Positions 27,869 to 32,000 of a stretch of 32,000 bases of DNA are shown piece after piece. The notes beneath the pieces are model-generated. The model saw only the letters and a list, made by a program, of their open reading frames with translations, was not told where the DNA came from and ran no database searches. Position numbers and translations under genes: made by a program. The number at the start of each line of letters is the position of its first letter. Positions within the stretch are counted from its first letter, which is position 1. Source of the stretch: Promethearchaeum syntrophicum (GTDB lineage Archaea; Asgardarchaeota; Lokiarchaeia; Sigyniarchaeales; Promethearchaeaceae); the NCBI RefSeq assembly GCF_008000775.2, contig NZ_CP042905.2, positions 2,010,001-2,042,000 on the forward strand, written 5' to 3'.

Positions 27869-28012
27869 ATGATTTGTCCAAGGTGTCGTACAAAGGGGTT
27901 TCAAATTAAGATGAAAAATGTCAAAAGAAAAGGCGGGTTTCACAAAAATACTAAATTTTTATGTCCAAATTGTAATTATACTCGGATGAAAACCAATAAG
28001 AGAAAGCATTAA
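27869..28012 (+). CDS. Small (47 aa) basic zinc-ribbon protein, absent from the supplied ORF track
   Basis: Translates MICPRCRTKGFQIKMKNVKRKGGFHKNTKFLCPNCNYTRMKTNKRKH*, two CxxC knuckles; GGAG upstream of the ATG; same strand between two coding genes. Confidence 0.72.
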   Translation: MICPRCRTKGFQIKMKNVKRKGGFHKNTKFLCPNCNYTRMKTNKRKH

Positions 28013-28041
28013 AAGAAACACTATAAAATTTAAATTAATTT

Positions 28042-28638
28042 ATGATTTTTCAAGTAAAAAAATATTCTCAAAAACTATTGCTACCCTTGGGAAGAAAACT
28101 CTCAAATATTCCGGCCAATATTTTTACTATTCTTAGTTTGGTATTTTCCATTATTTCAGGATTAGGTTTTTATTTAGAAGTACTTCCTCTGATTATTATA
28201 TGCTTATTTTTAATCGAATTCTTTGATCAATTAGATGGTGTCATTGCTAGACTGCAAGGTCCAACAAAATTTGGAGCTTTTTTGGATTCAACTTTAGATA
28301 GATATGGAGATGCAGCTATTTTCATAGGGATTATTTTAGGAAGCTATATTACTCCAATTTTGGGATTAATAGCATTTATAGGAGCATTTTTAACGTCTTA
28401 TACTCGTGCGCGTATTGAAGGTTTACAAGACAAATCTTTGGGGGGAATTGGATTACTAGAAAGAACCGATAGAGTTCCATTATTAATGATCGGTGCAATT
28501 TTCCAGATATTTTATGCAGAGGCAATTTGGTGGATTATCATCATAATGATAATTGGAAGCCACATAACTGTTCTTCAACGAATGATTTATGCATACAAGA
28601 ATTTATCCCGAAAACAAGAAGAGAAGGTAATCATCTGA
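28042..28638 (+). CDS. CDP-alcohol phosphatidyltransferase (archaetidylinositol phosphate synthase-like)
   Basis: Canonical D-x2-DG-x2-AR-x8/9-G-x3-D-x3-D: DQLDGVIARLQGPTKFGAFLDSTLDRYGD; multiple TM segments. Confidence 0.92.
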   Translation: MIFQVKKYSQKLLLPLGRKLSNIPANIFTILSLVFSIISGLGFYLEVLPLIIICLFLIEFFDQLDGVIARLQGPTKFGAFLDSTLDRYGDAAIFIGIILGSYITPILGLIAFIGAFLTSYTRARIEGLQDKSLGGIGLLERTDRVPLLMIGAIFQIFYAEAIWWIIIIMIIGSHITVLQRMIYAYKNLSRKQEEKVII

Positions 28639-28657
28639 TAATTTTTTTTTTAAATTT

Positions 28658-29491
28658 TTATATTATTTTGTCAATTAAAGAAACAATTTGTTTAATTTTA
28701 TCATTTAGCCATTTTTCTTCAGGTTCTTTATGATTGATTTCAATATATTCAACAACTGACAAGAATAATGGAAAATAAAACCTTTTCAAGGAATTCAATA
28801 TTTTCTGAATTTCAAAAGGAATTTCCCCCGTTTCATCATAATAATTCTTTGAAAAGCTACATCTAAATGGTTCGGCTGATTTCCATGAAGAACCTAATAT
28901 TTTAAAAATCTCCTCATCATTTCTTATTTTTCTGATTGGTTGAATTAATTTTATTCCTAGGTTTTGCAGTAATTCTTTGAACAGAGAGAGAACTTCCGGA
29001 AGTTGATTAAGTTTTTTACGATCTCCGTGATATTCTCTTTCACCTGAAATGATTTTTGTGATTCCGAAATATTCTGCCACAGGGATCCTCATCATATGGA
29101 AAAAGAGATGGCAAGAGGGGCAAGGGGAATAATATCCGAAATATTTCTGGACTATTGCCATATTACGAACAATTAAAAGATCAAAGAGATTCGAAACATC
29201 TAAATATAAAAAATTGATGCTTTCTATATCTTCTTGGAGAATTAAATCCTTCACGGATTTAAAATGTTCAATAGGTTCAGATATATTTCCAAAGAAAGAA
29301 CGATGAAATATTCCAATCCCTAACAAATTTTTAATATCATATTTTCTAACTGCTTGAATAATTGCAGCAATACTATCTTTACCCGCAACTTCGCAAATGT
29401 AAAAAGATTCCCTATAATCTAATTTTGACCTTTGTTCGGAATAAAATTTATCAAGAGTAAATAATTCAAGAGTTTTTTCCAAAATCAGCAT
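28658..29491 (-). CDS. PP-loop-like (adenine nucleotide alpha hydrolase) protein
   Basis: CEVAGKDSIAAIIQAVRKY resembles the SGGKDS P-loop; CPSCHLFFHMM and PFRCSFSKNYYDETG cysteine positions. Confidence 0.62.
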   Translation of the reverse strand: MLILEKTLELFTLDKFYSEQRSKLDYRESFYICEVAGKDSIAAIIQAVRKYDIKNLLGIGIFHRSFFGNISEPIEHFKSVKDLILQEDIESINFLYLDVSNLFDLLIVRNMAIVQKYFGYYSPCPSCHLFFHMMRIPVAEYFGITKIISGEREYHGDRKKLNQLPEVLSLFKELLQNLGIKLIQPIRKIRNDEEIFKILGSSWKSAEPFRCSFSKNYYDETGEIPFEIQKILNSLKRFYFPLFLSVVEYIEINHKEPEEKWLNDKIKQIVSLIDKII

Positions 29492-29504
29492 CCCGTAAAA
29501 TTAT

Positions 29505-30485
29505 TTAGAAAAATGAAAAGATAAATTTATCAAAAATAGTAGGAGTTCTATCAAATTTAATCTGTTTAAAGAAATCTTCTAGTTTAAGTGCTTGAGAATA
29601 CATTTCTTCAAATTTTTTGAAGAAAATATCTGTTATCTCATGACTTCTTGAAATAAAAATACCTAAAAGTTTTTTACTTGGATCAATTGAAAATTGAATT
29701 AATTCGTTTGAATCGAGAATAATGAAATCACCACAAGATCCTTCGTAAATTCTAATCTCCCAAATGTTCTGAAAATTAATCTTAAATTCTTCAAATTTTG
29801 TGCTATAAAAAGAGAACATCTTCTTAAATTGAAGAATTTCTTGCGCACGTTCTTTAGATACTAGAATTCTATATTTTATTGATGGCATTTTTTTAAGAAT
29901 TGTTTTAACTAGTAACATTACATTTGAATATCCCTTTTCTTTCATATTTTTAGGATCTTTTAACATTTCAAATATTTTTTCGAAAGTTTTAATATCATAT
30001 TTTATGCCTCTGGTAAGAGAGAGCTCTTTTGAGTTTCCAATTATATCATTCTTAAGAAATTCAAATGCGTCGTCATTATCTAAAATATTTATATATTCCA
30101 CTGGAGGTAATGAATTTTCCTCACGGGTGATTTTATACGCAGATTTCATATCAACAAATGATTTTTCACATTTGTCAATTTTTAAATCACCTTCTGACCT
30201 AATACTGGTAATTTTCTCCGAAAGTAATTTTTCCCAAGCTGAAATAGGTTCATTGATCGTAATTTTCATTGGGCGATCATATACTTGAATTAAACCCAAT
30301 TGTTTTAATAGACTGAAAATCTTATAGATTCTCTTAATTGATAAATCCAAATTATTTGCTAATTCTTTTGGATTGTCAATTGATTGGTTTTTCAGAAGAT
30401 AATCATAGACGATTTCAACTCCTTTTTCTTTCACTTCAATTGAGCTGAAAATTTCAATCAAACTTGAAAATGAATTCTTCTCCAT
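29505..30485 (-). CDS. TrmB-like winged-helix transcriptional regulator
   Basis: N-terminal HTH DNPKELANNLDLSIKRIYKIFSLLKQLGLIQVYDRPMKIT; C-terminal DFIILDSNELIQFSIDPSKKLLGIFISRSHEITDIFFKKFEEMYSQA in the style of TrmB effector domains. Confidence 0.65.
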   Translation of the reverse strand: MEKNSFSSLIEIFSSIEVKEKGVEIVYDYLLKNQSIDNPKELANNLDLSIKRIYKIFSLLKQLGLIQVYDRPMKITINEPISAWEKLLSEKITSIRSEGDLKIDKCEKSFVDMKSAYKITREENSLPPVEYINILDNDDAFEFLKNDIIGNSKELSLTRGIKYDIKTFEKIFEMLKDPKNMKEKGYSNVMLLVKTILKKMPSIKYRILVSKERAQEILQFKKMFSFYSTKFEEFKINFQNIWEIRIYEGSCGDFIILDSNELIQFSIDPSKKLLGIFISRSHEITDIFFKKFEEMYSQALKLEDFFKQIKFDRTPTIFDKFIFSFF

Positions 30486-30506
30486 ATATATTATCCCTTC
30501 TATCCT

Positions 30507-31046
30507 CTATAAGCAATTACTTAACATTATATCTGTAAGTTCTTGGAAAACTTTCTCTACATTATCTCCCCTTTTAGCACTAACTTCAATATGACCAACG
30601 AGATTGTTCATATTAGCTGTTTGTTCACCGTGTTCATGAGGGATTTTTCGTGCATCTTCTAAATCAATTTTATTCCCTACAAGGTAAATTGGGATATCAT
30701 TATTTTTTTCCCTAATAATTTGAATCCAACTATCAAGAGCATCGAGTGTCTCAGGTCTGGTTATATCATATAAAAAGAACACACCACTACTACCTAAGCA
30801 ATACGTCGGAAGTAAAAACCGGAAACGTTTTTCACCTCCAAGATCCCAAATCTGGAGTTTTACTACTTTTTTTCCTTTTCCTTCTTTTGTATCGACTTCG
30901 ACGGTTTTTACATAAAATTCTACTCCAACTGTTAATCTAATATCAGGATTAAAGACCCCGGTAATATATCTTTCAGATAAGCTTGTCTTTCCCGTGGATT
31001 CAGAGCCTAACATTAAAATTTTAAACGTGAAATCAATTTTTGACAT
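30507..31046 (-). CDS. Ras/Rab/Arf-like small GTPase
   Basis: GSESTGKTS (G1), LTVGVEF (G2), WDLGGEKRF (G3), VGNKIDL (G4), VSAK (G5). Confidence 0.93.
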   Translation of the reverse strand: MSKIDFTFKILMLGSESTGKTSLSERYITGVFNPDIRLTVGVEFYVKTVEVDTKEGKGKKVVKLQIWDLGGEKRFRFLLPTYCLGSSGVFFLYDITRPETLDALDSWIQIIREKNNDIPIYLVGNKIDLEDARKIPHEHGEQTANMNNLVGHIEVSAKRGDNVEKVFQELTDIMLSNCL

Positions 31047-31214
31047 TTTAGTTTCCTTCTGATATGATATTGATAAAAAACTTGAGTTTTGCTTGTATGA
31101 TTATTTATGATTCCATAATATAAATTCGAGTTTATTTTTTTTTCTCTATATTGAAAAATTGTAAATTTTTAATATATATATTTTTAGAATTAAGTTAGAT
31201 AGTGAAAAAAATTC

Positions 31215-31820
31215 ATGGTAGAAGTAAAATTTGGACTAAAAAACCCTTATAAAGTATACATAGTGAGAAATTGGCGGGATCTTATAGATCAAATCAGAAT
31301 ATCATCAATATTTACTATTGGTTTATTAATTGTTGCAATTTATCAAAATATAATTCATAATAATACTAGAATTTATTTTTATATTTGGCCATTAATTAGT
31401 TTGATATTGTTAATCTATTTTTTAATTCCAACTTCTAAAATCACTTTTGATTTGGAAAAAAATTTCTGGAAGATACAATATTACGCAATTGTGCCGATTA
31501 AAAAGTTTGAAGGGACAATCTCATCGTTAACTAAAATAATATCAACTGAAAATATAGATGAGAGAAAAAAATATAAATATTCTTTAAAAAATTCGAAATT
31601 ATATTCTGATTTAAGTGTTTTAGAGTCGAATAATGAAGGTGAATATAAAAAAAAGATTATTTATTCCAATAAAACGTATAGTTATCAATCTCATAAATAT
31701 AATGTAAAGCAGAATGAAAAAATCGGAATAGTGCTCGAAAATTTTTTCCAAAATTTAAATATACAAATTGAATTTGAGAAATTATTTAATCATTTCCCAA
31801 ATACGAACATAAAAAAATAA
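31215..31820 (+). CDS. Hypothetical protein with two N-terminal TM helices and a soluble domain
   Basis: SSIFTIGLLIVAIYQNI and IYFYIWPLISLILLIYFLI, then a beta-rich charged region. Confidence 0.6.
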   Translation: MVEVKFGLKNPYKVYIVRNWRDLIDQIRISSIFTIGLLIVAIYQNIIHNNTRIYFYIWPLISLILLIYFLIPTSKITFDLEKNFWKIQYYAIVPIKKFEGTISSLTKIISTENIDERKKYKYSLKNSKLYSDLSVLESNNEGEYKKKIIYSNKTYSYQSHKYNVKQNEKIGIVLENFFQNLNIQIEFEKLFNHFPNTNIKK

Positions 31821-31841
31821 TAAAAATATTAAATAATTATA

Positions 31842-32000
31842 GTGTCAAAAACAAAATCAACTAAAAAAACTAATATCGTATCTACTTCTTATGTTAGAAA
31901 TCAAGCTCGAAGGAAAGTACTACAAACAGAAGCAAAAAGAGAAAGAGAAGGTCGAAAATTAGGATTTTTTTTACTAAAAAACCAATTTAGAGAAAATTAT
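31842..32000 (+). CDS. N-terminus of a basic protein, truncated by the right window edge
   Basis: Open frame from GTG at 31842: MSKTKSTKKTNIVSTSYVRNQARRKVLQTEAKREREGRKLGFFLLKNQFRENY, running off the window. Confidence 0.4.
   Translation, partial: MSKTKSTKKTNIVSTSYVRNQARRKVLQTEAKREREGRKLGFFLLKNQFRENY

Noticed and set aside
1-32000. CRISPR array, rRNA genes, retroelement or reverse transcriptase
   Set aside because: No regularly spaced repeats, no rRNA-like blocks and no RT-type motifs were seen. The only repeats noted were the IS TIRs and the two gene-edge duplications.

Overview
This is an AT-rich archaeal window whose content suggests an Asgard-type archaeon: two Ras/Rab-like small GTPases (one with a longin-like N-terminal extension), an LRR protein, an NSUN-type RNA m5C methyltransferase, a Hef-type helicase, a divergent Ftr (formylmethanofuran:H4MPT formyltransferase) homologue and a CDP-alcohol phosphatidyltransferase. 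The taxonomic call is inference. The window also holds a complete-looking IS element (DDE transposase, 21-bp terminal inverted repeats, possible 6-bp target duplication), a VapBC-like toxin-antitoxin pair, a PiT/DUF47 phosphate-uptake pair, and a two-gene D-amino-acid-oxidase-like plus multidomain Fe-S/FAD oxidoreductase module. The most notable signals are: (1) a 1490-aa protein with a prenyltransferase/cyclase-like helical-repeat N-terminus, a long coiled coil, a PCI-like winged helix and a C-terminal two-TM anchor; (2) two direct partial gene duplications (5' end of the hef-like gene, 3' end of the DAO-like gene), each bracketing intervening genes; (3) a tight operon of small GTPase, TrmB-like regulator and PP-loop-like protein; (4) an Ftr homologue with an altered C-terminus. 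No tRNA, rRNA or CRISPR array was recognised. All family assignments come from reading motifs, without database searches.
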